This document shows, piece by piece, positions 36,710 to 50,579 of a stretch of DNA of 64,000 nt (positions are counted from its first letter, which is position 1; each line of letters opens with the position of its first letter). This stretch comes from Sphaerodactylus townsendi (taxonomy: Eukaryota). Under the pieces are notes generated by a model that ran no database searches, was not told the DNA's origin, and worked only from the letters and a program-made list of their open reading frames with translations. The stretch lies in assembly GCF_021028975.2 (NCBI RefSeq), contig NC_059429.1:28148001-28212000 (forward strand). Direction: 5' to 3'. The position numbers and the translations under genes are program-made.

Positions 36710-39101
36710 CATTGGCTCACCTGCCATCAAAAGACAGCTTTCAGATTTGGGGCAAATTTTAGATATATAGTATGAGAATGAGCATACAGTTAGAAATACT
36801 AAAGTAACACATGACCGTTGATTTCCAGTTTTATTTGAGAAAGCCACTAATTTATGACTGATTTGCCCACTGGGTGGAACTGGTGGGCTCTCAACAGCAA
36901 CAAAACAAAACAAAAACCCAAGCATATTGTGGATGGGAGTGGTTGTGACTGGAGTGAAACTTTAAACTCACTAAGGCAGAGGCATTGTGATACACTATGA
37001 CACAGGGTACCACATTTGGTGGCAAAGATCTCTCTGTCAAGGTCTGTTCATAGAATGGCTGGGTCCAAATCAGTATTTGCACTCTGCCAAAATAACAGTG
37101 TATGAAATGACTCCATAAATTAAAAAAAAAGTTGGGGGAAAGCCACTGAGGATGTGTTTCTCTTTGTCGATACTACTCATACACACTAGATTATTATCAA
37201 GAAATTGTCCTTGGCAGACTGTGTCAGTCGTGTTAAGGCAGAGAGGAGGTGACAATATGTTTAATCTGGAGGAGATAACCAATTTATGGTTTCAGAGGTC
37301 AACATCAGCACTTTCATTTTTGCTTGGAAAGTCATAGTATAGCCATTAGTGTTCCTAGGATGCCCCTGTAAACGATTTCTTCATACTCCCACTCTCTTTG
37401 TATCCTCTCACCAGCAAATAATTTCAGATCAATTACCTGTGGCAAGTTAAAACTGATACTCTCAATATCTGGAAGTTGCAGGACAGAGACCCGAAGCATG
37501 AAGTTGCACAGAAAGTCAGGTCTTGGCACATATGAAACTCCCTAAAGGAATTCTGGAGTGGAATTTGTTGTCTTGGCAACAGATTTCTGCCAAAAATATG
37601 AGTGACCTGTCAGATACTAACTCACCTGTTTTTGCTGCTTCTGTTTTTCTGTGCTCTCCCATGCTTGCTCTTTTTAACATCATGCATTCTTTATTCATGT
37701 ATGGATGACTATGAACTGCACTGGGTCACCAGCTTTTTACTCTATAGCTAGGAAGTTCAAAGTGAATAATCCTCACATTATGTGAAATCATTCTCCAGAA
37801 TGCAGAAAATATAGATTGCAAAGCTATTGATGCAGTGCAGGTTAGGACGGACTGTGCATGCACAAAGACAGTGGGGCAATGTAGAACCCAGAAATAAATA
37901 AGGTCCACTGTCACATTTATCATGAGCTTCAATTTCTCCATCTGTTTTAGATTGTAATGACTTATTTAAATGACATGGCTGAACATTCTATTCATCTCTT
38001 TTACTTTTATAAACAGTGCATCTTACACTTTGCAAGGGAGAAGAAAATGTCAAGCATGAGTACACAGCCCAAAGATTGGATCCATTGATGTGTGGACAGA
38101 AACCCACACTCAGTGCAGTACTGCTTGTGCAAGCGATCACAGTGGCTATAATACAAGACACTCAATTATTTGTAAAATGTCTGGTGCAAGCTGAAATGCA
38201 AATTGGGATACGGTAAGTTTAACTAAGGAGATAGAGAAATGTGCTTTGCTTTGGAAGTTTGACTGTACCAAAATCTGCATCTTTAGTATAAAAAAGTTTT
38301 TCTCTGTCATAGCAGAAAGCAGGCAGGAGGGAAGAGGTAAATTAAATCACTGTTCTCTTGCCTCACCTAGCTATCCTCTAGAAATACTAATGGCCTCCTG
38401 GACAAAAGACAATGCACCAGCTAGAAGCTGGCACCTAGTATGGAACAGAGATTTGCGAGGTCTGAGATAGAAGTTATCTTCATTGAGATTCCTGGAGATT
38501 GCAGGCTGATTCCATGTACAGAGAAAGAGCTTTTAGACCTAGGCTCCCGTGGAAAGTTGCCATTGCCAAGTAGAGGAATGCTGGTCCAGACAAAACTTCC
38601 AAGCTAATAGGAGCATTTTTGAACACTGTAACTTCTAACTTAACCTGTTTTAGAATAAAATCTGCTAGAACATGTAGAGAATGAGCGATAGAGGAATTTT
38701 GGGATCCCCTGGTCAATTTGTTGCTTGTGTGAGGACTTTTTTTTTCATTTTAAGTAATATTTTACAATTTTTCATGCTGTTAATTGTTGCCTGTGCCACA
38801 CAGACTTCCACCATCTAAACCCACTATATATATAAAGCCTGTTCAGAGAAGGGGAACTAATCTCTCAATGGTGTACAAGTACAGTCAGATATCCCTGTGG
38901 TAATGAGGGTAGCAGGAGTTACTGGCACCAGGTGGGGTCTTAGAACAATAATGCAGGGAAGGGAAGCTGAGAGCCCTCGGCAGATAATTCCTACGAAGGA
39001 AGCTGGTAGCAGTCGGGGGAAAGGAAGATTAAAACCCTTTGATGCCGGAAAGCTAGGAAACTGACTCATTGCCAGGCAGAGACTTGAAGGACTGCTGGAG
39101 A

Positions 39102-39314
39102 TAAGGTTGCCAGTCCCACAGGTGGTACCCAGAAATCTTCAGGTGTTATGACTGATCTCCAGGCAACAGATATCAGTCATCTGGAGAAAACATCTGCTTT
39201 GGAAGGTGGACTGTATGGCACTGTACCCACTGAAGTCTCTCCAAATTCCATCCTCTACGTAGGTTCCACTCCCCAAATCTCTAGGTATTTCCCAATTTGA
39301 AGCTGGCAGTCCTA
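39102..39314. mobile_element. ~210-bp hAT-type MITE, reverse orientation relative to 9044
   Basis: TAAGGTTGCCAG...CTGGCAGTCCTA; flanks GCTGGAGA / CTTGGAGA (6/8). Confidence 0.75.
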
Positions 39315-40496
39315 CTTGGAGAGCAGAACAGAACTGGGGCTACAGGTCAGTGGGGCTGCTCTACCATGAAAAAGGAAACTTTCAGAGCAGACCTCTTTTT
39401 TTGCGTATTTCAGTTTGTATATTTAGAAATCTTCCTTTGGACCCATGAAAAATGCAGTGGTTTTGCAAAATAGATAGACTTGCTTGCCATTATTGGGAAG
39501 CAAGTCAAGGGCAACTAGATGGTTTTATTTTTTAAAAGTTTAGTCCAGATTTCTCAGACATTACTTGCAGCCACACAGGAACTTCAGGGAACATCAGCTG
39601 ATAAATTTAAAGAGAGAGAGAGAAACTGATCAAGCTCAGAATGCTGCAGCAGGAAAAGGAAATGCTTCTGCTCCCACCATCCATTTTCCATGCCAAAAGA
39701 GGGCTGAGGAGAGTTATTTCCCTGATTTTGCAGTTCAATATGGAGCATTCAGTGCATGTAGGGCAGCAAAAACTGAATAGTGCCTCCCTCCCCCACAAGT
39801 GGTTTTGGTACAGAAAACATGGGGGATGGGCAGAAGAGACTTTTTCACCAGCAGTGTCCTGAGCCCAGTGGGGCTCTCCTTTATTTTTTAAACTGATATT
39901 CCCCACAGCTGATGTGGGTGCATAGAGGAAGGGTCTGATCTAGGAACCTAGACCCAATTATTTTTTTAAAAAAATCATCATGTCTAGTTTGCTCTAAAGG
40001 TGGTGATTGTGCAAAACCAAATTACCCCAAAACCAGGAAAAACAAACCTTGTTGAGTTTTAGGAGAGATTGTTTTTTTACTAAAAAAACAAAACAAATTC
40101 CCAGGCTATTTACCAGAGACAAATAGTCTGGAAGCTGATAAAGGCATATATGATTCAACTTTATAGCTGAGAGAGCTTCAACTGAACACTGGAGATTTCA
40201 GTTGAACCTCCCTCCCTCCCTCTCTTTTCCATTCTCTGCCCCCCCACACACACACACACATCAGCTCCTAAGGCTACATGGACTTGGGAACCAGCATCAG
40301 GTCTGATGGACCTGAGAAACAGTGGAGGGAGGACAGCATCATGTGGACTTGAGAAACAGTGGAGGGAGGACAGAAGTTAATCATTGTGGCCTCTGAGCAG
40401 TGCCACATGAGACTGTGCTTGCGTAGGCCAACTGCAGAACTTTTTGATAGCAAAAATTAAGAGCTTTAGGTTGCTAAACTGTATTTATATTTTTGT

Positions 40497-40584
40497 GTTG
40501 TACACCGCCCAGAGCCTTTCGGGGATGGGGCGGTTTAAAAGTTTAAGTAATAAATAAATAAAATAAATAAATACATAAATAAAT
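40497..40584 (+). mobile_element. Extremely 5'-truncated L2-type 3' end (stem-loop plus (AAAT)n tail)
   Basis: TGTACACCGCCC AGAGCCTTTCGGGGATG GGGCGGTTT followed by AATAAATAAATA. Similar minus-strand copies at about 11168, 14683 and 57654. Confidence 0.7.
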
Positions 40585-40628
40585 GGGTGCTCCCCTCTCT
40601 CAGCTTGGGCTACACTAGTTTCCAGCCA

Positions 40629-40867
40629 GGTCCATAACTTTGGTCCCCCTGAACGAAACTTCACCAAACTTGGCTGGTATCATCAGGAGTGTCACCTGAC
40701 AATAGTCTGCAATTTTGGTGTTTTTAGCCTAAAAACTGCGCCCCCTGCAGGCCAAAAACAAAAAACCACTTTAAAATGCAAAAATCCACAAACGGGGGGC
40801 GGAGCTTCGGACATGCAATGGGGGGGGGGTTGAACCCGAGAAAAAAAAACCCGTTATCTATGTCCCT
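40629..40867. mobile_element. Fragment of a hAT-type element sharing the internal module of 122-1513 and 47458-48845
   Basis: GGTCCATAACTTTGGTCCCCCTGAACGAAACTTCACCAAACTTGG matches 482-520 and 47840-47884; ends ...ATGTCCCTG. Confidence 0.65.
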
Positions 40868-40869
40868 GC

Positions 40870-41320
40870 ATCCTACCTGTCAAAAAGGACTCAAGCCATA
40901 CAGGTTTTGGTAACAAAATTCCAAGCTCACCAATACCAAAAAGAAATCGCTATACAGAAACTAATGGGTTTAATGGCCTTGGCTACAGCCGCACACTGTT
41001 ATGCCTTTCCAGGCTTCGCACGCACCTCATTCAAAATTGGATTGTGAGATCATTTAGGATTAATGTGGAACCTCAATGGCAGAGGTTGTCCATCCCCCAA
41101 TACATCCTTAAGTTCCTCAATTGACTGGATGAGATTAACCTACTAATGGGAATGCTGCCTGGGGCACTTGCCCAGAATATTTTAGTGACCACAGACCCTT
41201 CACTTGTGGGTTGGGGAGTGCACCGCCAAGGTCTTGAGGTACAGGGCCTCTGGTCACAACATGAAACTTCTCTGCACATTAATCTAATTGAACTCAGCAC
41301 CCATTTAGTGACCTAAATAA
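40870..41320 (+). mobile_element. DIRS-type retrotransposon RT/RNase H fragment
   Basis: 41179-41298 translates ILVTTDPSLVGWGVHRQGLEVQGLWSQHETSLHINLIELS, fitting the DIRS RNase H signature TTDAS..GWG...QG.W......HIN.LEL. IQKLMGLMA lies upstream. Confidence 0.85.
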
Positions 41321-43507
41321 CTTAATTTTTGCTTTCAAAAAGCTCCATGGTTGGTCTGCACAAGCACAGTCCTACGTGTGCCTGCACAGAGGATCACTAG
41401 ATGAACAACAATTACAATGAGGAACACTGTTTTTCTCCCTACCCCTGCTTCTCAAGTCCATGTGAACTTGAATAGCAGCAGCAGGAAAAACTGAAATGTC
41501 TTGGGTTTGGATTTTTAACATCTGAAAAATTCAGTAAAAGCTGAATAAAGCTGGCAGGTATTTGCTTTATTCAGCTTTAATGAAAATGTATGGGTGTTTA
41601 TTGCCCAAACCTGAAATGTACTGAGAACAATTTGTTTGTGTTCAGCCTTAGTTTGCTCCTAATGACTTCTCCAAAGTGGGATAGGATGGACTTAAAAAAT
41701 CAAATAAAAAAGGCAATTTCTTCTACAAAAATATTGTGGCTTAATCAGCCTCTAAAGTTAAGTAGCAAAAAGACTGGTGCAATGTTCTTCTAGCATTCAA
41801 CATGAGAAAGAGCTTCCTGCTAACTTTGAAAATAGCTGAATTTTCTAGGCTTGAAAGTTTCTGAAGTGGGCAGAAAAGCTTAGCAACATGACAGCTTTCA
41901 ACATTATATCTTTCAAGTTTTCAAAAACGGCAGGTTGTCCGATCATGTAAATATATCTATCAATGGAATATAGCCTTCAGGCATCTGGCAAGTTGCCAGT
42001 GAAGCCCCTAGGGTAACATGAGCACTGATTTAGGAAACAAACTTAACCACTTCAAACAGAGCAATGCATATATTTAACAAGTCTACTGAACCATTATTGG
42101 GGTATTCCATGTAAGATAATAATTGAAGCAGGTTTCTTGTCACATACTTGCATTCTATCAGGGAAAAGGGAAAGTGGGGGAAATAACATCAAGTGCAATG
42201 TACCTTAGTTTCCATTTGCTTAGATCTTTCCCAATGTTACAAGTCAAGTCTGCCTCGGGTTTTAAAGTAGCAACCTGAAGGGTATGGGCAGGAATTCAAC
42301 TAGAGCATTGCTCATTTCTCGCTAGAGGAGTGGACTTCAGGGAGGCCAGCCATAGCAGCAAGAAAGTCAGAACAGGATGGTACTTTCTTGCTGGCAATTG
42401 TCTTCACTTCATTTTGCTCTTTCTGCCTCTGTTTTGTCTTGCCCCACAGAGGAGTTGGTGCTAGGATATCTTTGGATCTCAATGCCACGCATGCAATGAT
42501 GTACAAGCACCAGTTTCTGATGCTTTTGTTCAGGAACTTCCATGTTGAAAAGCCCCTTCCTATTCTTGTATTTATGTTTGAGTTTAGCATGCAGTCTGTA
42601 TGTCCAATGGAAGGTGACCTTGTAAGTGGGAAACAGAATGGAAAACTTGGAGAACCTAAGATTCATCTTGCTTAATCATATCAAAGGTCCAAATGGTCCA
42701 GAAGTCTGTATCCAAAAAGCTCCTGCTATATGCAGTGAAAACCTCACAAACAAGATATCCATATAGTCCTAAATGTTAGAAAGACACTACAGAAGGTTAG
42801 CTGTGATGTAACTCATCAAGACGATTTTTTGACATGCTTTAGGACATGATGAAGGGAGGGTGCAAACAGACTGTAGAAATTAAAAGCTGTGGCAAAAGAT
42901 GTGCATAATATTATGTTCAAAATTCAGATTTTTTAAACAAAAGAACAATATAGATTTCACAATGTATTGGGTTCCTCTTTGGAAACAAGAGTGAATAACT
43001 TGGAACTTCAGAATCCAGGGAGAAGTTCAGATGAGGAGATTGTTCAGCAGTATCTCTAAACCTAAAGCACAGTACTGTGGCTCATAATGCAATGCTAATT
43101 AATTGGGTGAACTTCTCTATCTTCCTGTGTGGTTCTGGGAACTGCTCCAAAATGCTGAGAGGTCAGGCTTGCTGAAGAACCTGTCAAAACTTCTTCTCTT
43201 CTTGGCAGTTAGCAGCACAGCTCAGGGAAACAGGGACAATTGAATAATGGGATGGTAATTCTTAGGACAAATTGCCTGAGCAATCCAATTGTGTGGTTGC
43301 ACAATCTCAGAATAGCCATATAAGAATGGGTTTCAACCATGATTTCAATGGTGGTATTTTGATATAACAGTTTGTAATGATCAGCAGTGATTTTACAATC
43401 TCCGTTCAGAGTGGGCTGATCTTTACCAAGCTAATTCAGACATGATTCAGAATGGGCCCAAATTAGTTCATGGAAGCTCAGCCCAGAGTTTTCAGGTTTC
43501 CCTAGCC

Positions 43508-43653
43508 CCGTGGTGGCGAACCTTTGGCACTCCAGATGTTATGGACTACAATTCCCGTAAGCCCCTGCCAGCATGCCCAATTGGCCATGCTATCAGGGGC
43601 TGATGGGAATTGTAGTCCATAACATCTGGAGTGCCAAAGGTTCGCCACCACTG
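43508..43653. mobile_element. 146-bp palindromic hAT MITE (second copy)
   Basis: Nearly identical to 21581-21726; perfect TSD CCCTAGCC. Confidence 0.95.
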
Positions 43654-45976
43654 CCCTAGCCTCTGGTGGCAGATGGGAGAATGGAGATACCCGATCCATG
43701 TTGGGAAAGTCTTGGAGATTTGGGAATAAGGTCTGAGGAGGAGGACAGGGACCTCAGTGGGTTATGATGTCATAGAGTCTACCTTCCAAACCATCCATTT
43801 TATCAAAGGGAACTGATCTCTTTCATCTGGAGATGAGCTGTCCTTCTAGGGGATCTGCAGGTCCCACCTGGAGGTTGGCATCCCTAGCTCAATTCCATGC
43901 CAAGCTTAAACCCATCTAATGTTAACAAAAAAAAATTAAGAAGTCACAATCTACACACACTCTATTTATCCCAGTTTTGTTTACTATTCTGGGACATTCG
44001 AGATGGGATCCATACATTTGATGTCTTGTGTGTCAAACATCATGAACCAAGACAACATCTTCACACTATATACCATGCATGGGTGGAGGATTTGCCTATG
44101 CCTCTTTCAGGAAAGGAGCAGGAGGTCCTCTAGGCAGAAGTGAGATGCCTCATGTATCACAATCTTTCAGAAGAAACCTTGGAGGCTCAGCCTCCCCTCA
44201 GCAGTCTTTTGCTTCAGCATCAGCTCCTTCCCACATTCTATGTGATATGGAATAATTAGCTATTTGCCTAAAGGACCAAATAGTAATTTTGAGCTGCTTC
44301 TCAGATTGGCTTAGAGAGGGCCCTTTATAAAGAAACTGCTTTGCATTGGTAGGCCAGGAAGGCTGGGTCACATAAGCAGACCCTAAAAAGAATTAAAGTA
44401 CAGGAAGGGTTTGAATAGAAGTGTAGTGTAAATTGGCAAGCACTCTGAGGTATGCAGAGATGAAGGAACATTTACCTCAAACCATATGTTAAATATAGGT
44501 TTTCCTCAACTGTGGTGTGATACTGGAGGTTGGGGACTGAAGGTTGGGGACTGTGTGGGAAGATCCACACCAATAAGTGTCATTGGTGTGGGTCTTCCTG
44601 CACAGTCATGCCTGTATAGAAGTCATGTATCACTGTTGCACCAATAGCAGTTTTACTTTATTTGTCTGGTGCCACAGCAGCAGTGAGCAACTGGACTGAG
44701 GGTGAGAGAACCACAGCCACAAGTGGGTGCCTGACTACCCTGCTCATAACTTACTAGTTAGCAAGGACTAGTGAGAGTGCTCACTGGGTGCCAGGCAGCC
44801 TCATTGGAACTTAATGACAACCAGAAGGAAACTGATGGTGACAACCCTATCTAACCACGGTCGTTTCTGCAGGTTAAACAAGGGAAATATCCTGGTTTGG
44901 CCAAGAAGTTTGCATGGTTCCTGGCCCTAAAGCAGGTTTGTCTCACAATATTTCCCTCATCCTGGGATTTTCAAAAATTGCAGATTTGGCAATTCTTTTC
45001 AAAAATTCCACATTGAACTTGCTACTGTGCAAACACCACGGGAGCAGAAACAGTTTATTTTTCCTGCACAGCCACCTGATCTCCCCGCCCCACCCCACCT
45101 CGCCCAGCTCCACCCTGCCCCACTGCCCACGCCCCTGATTTTCACACCTGTGTCATGTCAGTTTCCCTCTGCTGAGCCACCAACCATTGCAGCCCGCCCT
45201 TCCCAAAACATCCCCCCATGCACATTTTCTGTTTGACCAGGTGCCATTTCACTTGGGTTAATCAGGAGTGGAGTCCCAAAATGTCCCCCTTTTCTTTTCT
45301 GTACATGTACTGGTTGCTCAGAGCACATAGCTAGGGTGATGTGCACTTTGGGTTAAATGTTGGTGGGCATATCACGTGGTGGGGGAGCCTCTTGTTTTCT
45401 AGAAAAATATGAGAATGTGAGTGGGAATGTGATGTGATTCTGTACCCCATTGATTTTTGCTGCCACTTGCTGTGTTGAGGCCTGCACCGGGCCCTATCCA
45501 GAAGTGGGAAAAGGGGGGTTCATTTTCCCCTGCTCACTGTGGGTCGGCCAATCAAAAGTGCAGCCTTTTTGTGGGGGTGGCCAATCAAAACATGGGACAC
45601 AGACTGTTTGTGTATGTGAAGATATGCTTGTGGTGTAAATACAAAAGACCCAGGTTTGTGTGAAACAAACTGGAGTAGTTCCTCCTGGTCTTTACTCAGT
45701 TCCTTCACAGAAATGGGTGGCCCTGTGAAGGGAGAAACCGGGACAAAATAGACCCAGACTGTAAGATACCGATTGTAACCCGGTATAATTGTGCCATGGA
45801 AAGGCTCACATATTTTGGCATGTAGCCTATGAGAACAAACCACAGCATTCTACACTGCTGATGTTTGAACCATAATGGGTTTGTCACCCTGAAGGCTAGG
45901 TGTTATGAAGGGAGTGAAGGTTAAATAAGTTATTGATGTAATTCTTCCATTAATAAAACCCTAATTTTATCCATTG

Positions 45977-46218
45977 AGAACCAGCATAGTGTAGTGGTTA
46001 AAAGCAGAAGACTGAAATCTTGAAAACCAGGTTTGATATTCCCCTTCTCCACATGAAGCCTACTGCGTGATGTTGGGTCGGTTATAATTCTTTTAGAAGT
46101 TTTTCAGCCCATGAGGAGGAAGGCAGCAAACCACCTCTGAACACCACTTGCCTTGAAAGCCCTACAAGGTTACTGAACTCAGCTGTTGCTTGGAGGCAAA
46201 ATCACATGCACACACACA
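45977..46218 (+). mobile_element. SINE with tRNA-like head and RTE/BovB-type tail
   Basis: CCAGCATAGTGTAGTGGTTAAAAG head; GCAAACCACCTCTG...TTGCCTTGAAAGCCCTAC; CACACAC end. Confidence 0.7.
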
Positions 46219-47457
46219 ATTTAACCCATCAGCTTGAGTCCTATCTCTTAAATCTGAGGGCAGTAGGCTCACCTTCACTTAAGTTTAAATGGCCAAGGTA
46301 AATATTTCATCTTCACAGCTGAACCACCAGAAAAAGAACTTTCATATTTTTTTTCCGATCATCTCAAATGCATGACTTGGTTCATGTTAGTTGGTGATAA
46401 TGCTGACATAAATTAGATGCCAGTTGTCAGAGAGCAAAGAGAGAACATGAGGGTTTTAAAAATATATATTAATAATGGAAAACTGTACCAAAGAACTTTC
46501 AAAGGAACCTCCAGTTTTATAAATCAAGCAACTCAAGTAGCTATTGTCTGAGAATTCCTTCACTGTCTTGAAATGTGCTGTTGTTAACAAGGAAGGTTGT
46601 TAGTTTGAAATAAAACAGTATGTTCCACAACTGAAGAGCCAGGCTTTGAACTAAAGAATCCAGGTCGATCGCTGGTTGAAAAAAGCTGCAACGGAAGGCT
46701 GCTTCACACATTTCATTTTAAGTGTATGATGCAGGTATATGCATCAGGACACAAGTGTAGGACACAGGTATATGCATAAAGAAAAACATGAGTGCAATTT
46801 ACCAGTGAATTAACATTGAATGGTAAACTCTATTTAGGCATGCCAGCTGCTGCTAAACATCCAGCAGAATTGGGGGGTTGGGGAGGAATGGGGTGAGGAG
46901 GCACACTAATGTCCTGCTGCTGTATGACATCACTTCTGGTGAACAACTAGAAGCAAGGAAGTTCTTCAACAAGAACAAAAAAGACTTTTAGGCAATCTGA
47001 TATTTAAGTTAATAAACAGATATAAGTAGATAATAAAGGGTCCATTATGCATGTTGAACTTGCCACAATCCCAAACAGAATTCTCCATGAAGTCTTTTGT
47101 CTGGGACATGTTGGTTATTACCCACTGCCCCTTTCCCCCCTTGGTTTGTCATCCTTTTTTGCAGCAGGGCAGGCTGGTGGGCTTAGGAGAGCAAGGGGAT
47201 CCACGATTTTTACATGTCAGCAGTGGAGAGAAAGCCCATGGAAACAATATTGGTTGTTTTAGAACCTTCAAATGGGGATGCTTCTCTTTTGCTATGAAGA
47301 CATACAGAAATGAACCCCCACAGCCATGCCAATTATTCCACAATCTAATCGGCTGCATCTGTGTAGCTGCACATGTGCAACACAAAAAATAATAGAAAAT
47401 GCAAAAGGGACCTCGTGCAATAATGAATGTATTGCCGTAGATATGCATGGCAGCCAT

Positions 47458-48845
47458 AAGGGTTGGTCGATACCCCAAAAATTCGGTAAATTTTGTATTC
47501 AGATGTTTTGGGACATAAAATGATCTGTATGCCTGAATCCAACTCATAGCCAATTCCGATATGCCCGACAATTTGGGTAAATCTGAAAAATTCGGGTCCG
47601 TTTTAATTTTTTTGGGGGTATTTTTTGTGTTTTTACACGTTGTGGCCTACAGGGGTGCATTTTTAAAGCTAGCGGTACCAAACTTTCAGGATAGCATCTG
47701 GAGACTGTTGTGATGATTCTCCCCAAGTTTGGTGAAGGTTGGTTCAGGGGGTCCAAAGTTATTGACCCCCAAAGGGGGTGCCCCATCCCCCATTGTTTCC
47801 AATGGGAGCTAACAGGAGATGGGGGCTACACCTTTTGAGGGTCCATAACTTTGGACCCTCTGAACCAAACTTCACCAAACTTGGAGAGTATCATCAGAAC
47901 AGTCTCCATATGATACACCAAAATTCTGGTGCCACTATCTCAAAAATGCACCCCGACAGGCAACCCAAGAAATTTCCCCAGATTCTGTGTTCTGCAGTGA
48001 CTTCACTGCATTGCAGCCAATGGGAAATTTCTGGGGGAGGGCTGTGGAGTGCACATTTCTCAAGGTAAAGCCACAAAAATTTCATAGCATCTTCAGAAGA
48101 GTCTCTTTATGACACAAGCCAGGTTTAGTAAACTTTGCTTCAGGGGGCAGTGGGAGATGGGTCCTACCCTTTTGGGGGCCCATAACATTCAACCCCCAGA
48201 AGCAAAGTTTACCAAACCTGGATGGTGTCATCAAGAGTCTTTCCTGAAGATACCCTGAAAGTTTTGCGGCTTTACCTTGAGAAATGTACACCCCACAGCC
48301 CTTCCCCAGAAATTTCCCATTGGTTGCAATGGAGCCACTTCAGAGCACAATCTCCCAGCTCTCTAGTCTTCCCACCATAGAACTTGAAGAGGCTTACTGT
48401 GTTTCACCACCACTCCTACACATGAAGCCTGCTCAGTTACTGGACACTGTGTAATAGACTTCTCTCTGTGATATATTCTGAAGGTGCCAGCCACAGATGC
48501 AGGCAACTTGTTAAGAACAAGATATACCAGATCACGGCAACACAGCCCGGAAAACCCTACAGAACCTCCACCTCTTAAAGTGAAGCCATTCTGCAACACT
48601 CTTCAAGCAAGGGGCACACTTGGGGCAGAGGGACGGAAGGTTTTTGTTGGGGACTCGGAAGGGAAAAGTTTTTTTTCGTTGGATTTTTTTTTTTAAAAAA
48701 CACAAGTTGGGCCATCCAAGGCCCGATTCGGTAATGGTGCCGAATCAGACTCCATTGATTCGGACCTGGCTCAGTCCAAATCTGCCCGAGTTGGAGGCGA
48801 TTCAGACTGAATTGTTGATTTGGTTGATCCGAATCACCAACCCTA
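47458..48845. mobile_element. Non-autonomous hAT-type element, about 1.39 kb, related to 122-1513
   Basis: Termini AAGGGTTGG / CCAACCCTA; partial TSD CCATAA on both sides; long collinear similarity to about 130-1020. Confidence 0.8.
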
Positions 48846-49651
48846 CCCATAATTGTTGCCACCAAGGGGAGAAAATGTGCTTGGAAAACATTGTACACCT
48901 TCGGGCTCTCAGAGAATCTTCCCACAATGTGCTGAGCAATCTGCACAGAATGGTGGGTAAACAGGTGGATTCTCCCTAACATAGTGGTTGGCACAGGACC
49001 TTAAGTAAACAGGTGGAATGGAGGGAAATAAAGCCCATTGTATTCACCTGGCACATGGCAGAGGCCTTATGCATAATCGGCCAAGGTTTGGCATTGTACC
49101 AGGGTTTACAAAATTTTAAATAATAGATTGAGACAGTTAACCAAAGAAAATGAGGTTATTTGTGTTTAGATTTTTATGGACATTTAGTGATATAAATGTG
49201 GCTACTTTTAAAAGGAAGGAAAAAATAATAGGAGCTGGTACAAGAGTATAAACAATTAGTTTTTTTTAAAAAAATACCATGTATAGGGTGAAGACAAGAT
49301 GGGAGCCATTTACTTTCTCTTTTCTATTCTGTATTCTGACCTTTTAATCTTTAAATATCAGTGTATGGGTTACCAGATAATTTCAGGGGGAGGAAACTAT
49401 ATCTTTCTTTTGGTAAGGTGGATGGTTCACCATCTTTGTGGTTATGTAGTATAAAATGGAATATATATTAGTGTGATGGTGGTGTGCCTGTCCCATTTTT
49501 CCCCTTGCCACTTTTTGAGGAACCTGTGAGTAATGGAGGTAGGGACTGCCATAAGGCCTCCTACCATAATGGGAGACCTGGAATCCTGAGATTTGCCTAT
49601 TTGCAGTGTTTAAAAGGACCAAAGTGACTACCTTGCTTGATCAACCAAACC

Positions 49652-49802
49652 NNNNNNNNNNNNNNNNNNNNNNNNNNNNNNNNNNNNNNNNNNNNNNNNN
49701 NNNNNNNNNNNNNNNNNNNNNNNNNNNNNNNNNNNNNNNNNNNNNNNNNNNNNNNNNNNNNNNNNNNNNNNNNNNNNNNNNNNNNNNNNNNNNNNNNNNN
49801 NN
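49652..49802. other. Assembly gap (151 N)
   Basis: Run of N, about 180 bp from the donor of the 191-nt exon. Confidence 1.
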
Positions 49803-49981
49803 CATACTTTCCCTTATATTTCAGCATTTTAAAGAGCTAGAGACTTTTAAAAATAAACTGTCGGAATTCAGAGGCGGGTATGATGTCCACATGCTTGTCC
49901 CATATGTATGTCCGTGTGTGCATGTCTATAACAAGGAAGAACACAACATTTATGGTGTGATTCCAGAAAGTTTTCCCATAC

Positions 49982-50172
49982 CTTTATGGCAGTAGAGGCA
50001 ATTTGAATATGGTGTAGCCTGCGCAGTGTGCTGTCCCTATCAATGAAGTAAGAGGCTGCCAACTGGTGCAGAGTCTCCAGCGTCACCGTGGTACTGTTAA
50101 TGCTGGGATCGCTCATTTCTGATCTTTTACTCAGCTTCCGCTTGTCCACAAAAATTGTGAGCGATTCCTCTC
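49982..50172 (-). CDS. BRINP3: BRINP3 internal coding exon, 191 nt (probably exon 4 by analogy to mammals); MACPF-domain region
   Basis: Translates (G)EESLTIFVDKRKLSKRSEMSDPSINSTTVTLETLHQLAASYFIDRDSTLRRLHHIQIASTAIK, matching recalled BRINP3. Acceptor ttgtgcag|GA after a T-rich tract; donor AAG|gtatgg; phase 1 in, phase 0 out. Confidence 0.96.
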
Positions 50173-50579
50173 CTGCACAAGTGAGACATGAAAAAAAATC
50201 AGAAAAAAATTAGAGAAAAGAAAACACCCACCATCCTTCCACTTTCCCTTGATTTTCATGCATTTGCTCTGGTTTTCCTGCAAGCAGAGGAGAAGGTCAG
50301 AGTGCATGCTTTGCTTTGCATTCAGAAAGTTCCAAGTTCAGTCCCTGATATTGCCGAACAAACATCCAGGGCACCAGAGCTGGAAAAGATTACTAATTGA
50401 GAATTTTGCATGAGCAACTGCACACGTGCACACACACTCACACACCCCCACATGGGCAGCTGCCCTCCCCCACCATGATCAAACAAATTTTTTTGCACCA
50501 GGTCATCTCAAAGTCACCATTACATTATAGAACATGCCCCAACTCACAAATCTTGGTAAAAGCTGAATCCAGATGATTT

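Noticed and set aside
44838-45808. Possible degenerate DNA-transposon remnant
   Set aside because: Composition differs from the flanks, but termini and TSD could not be defined.
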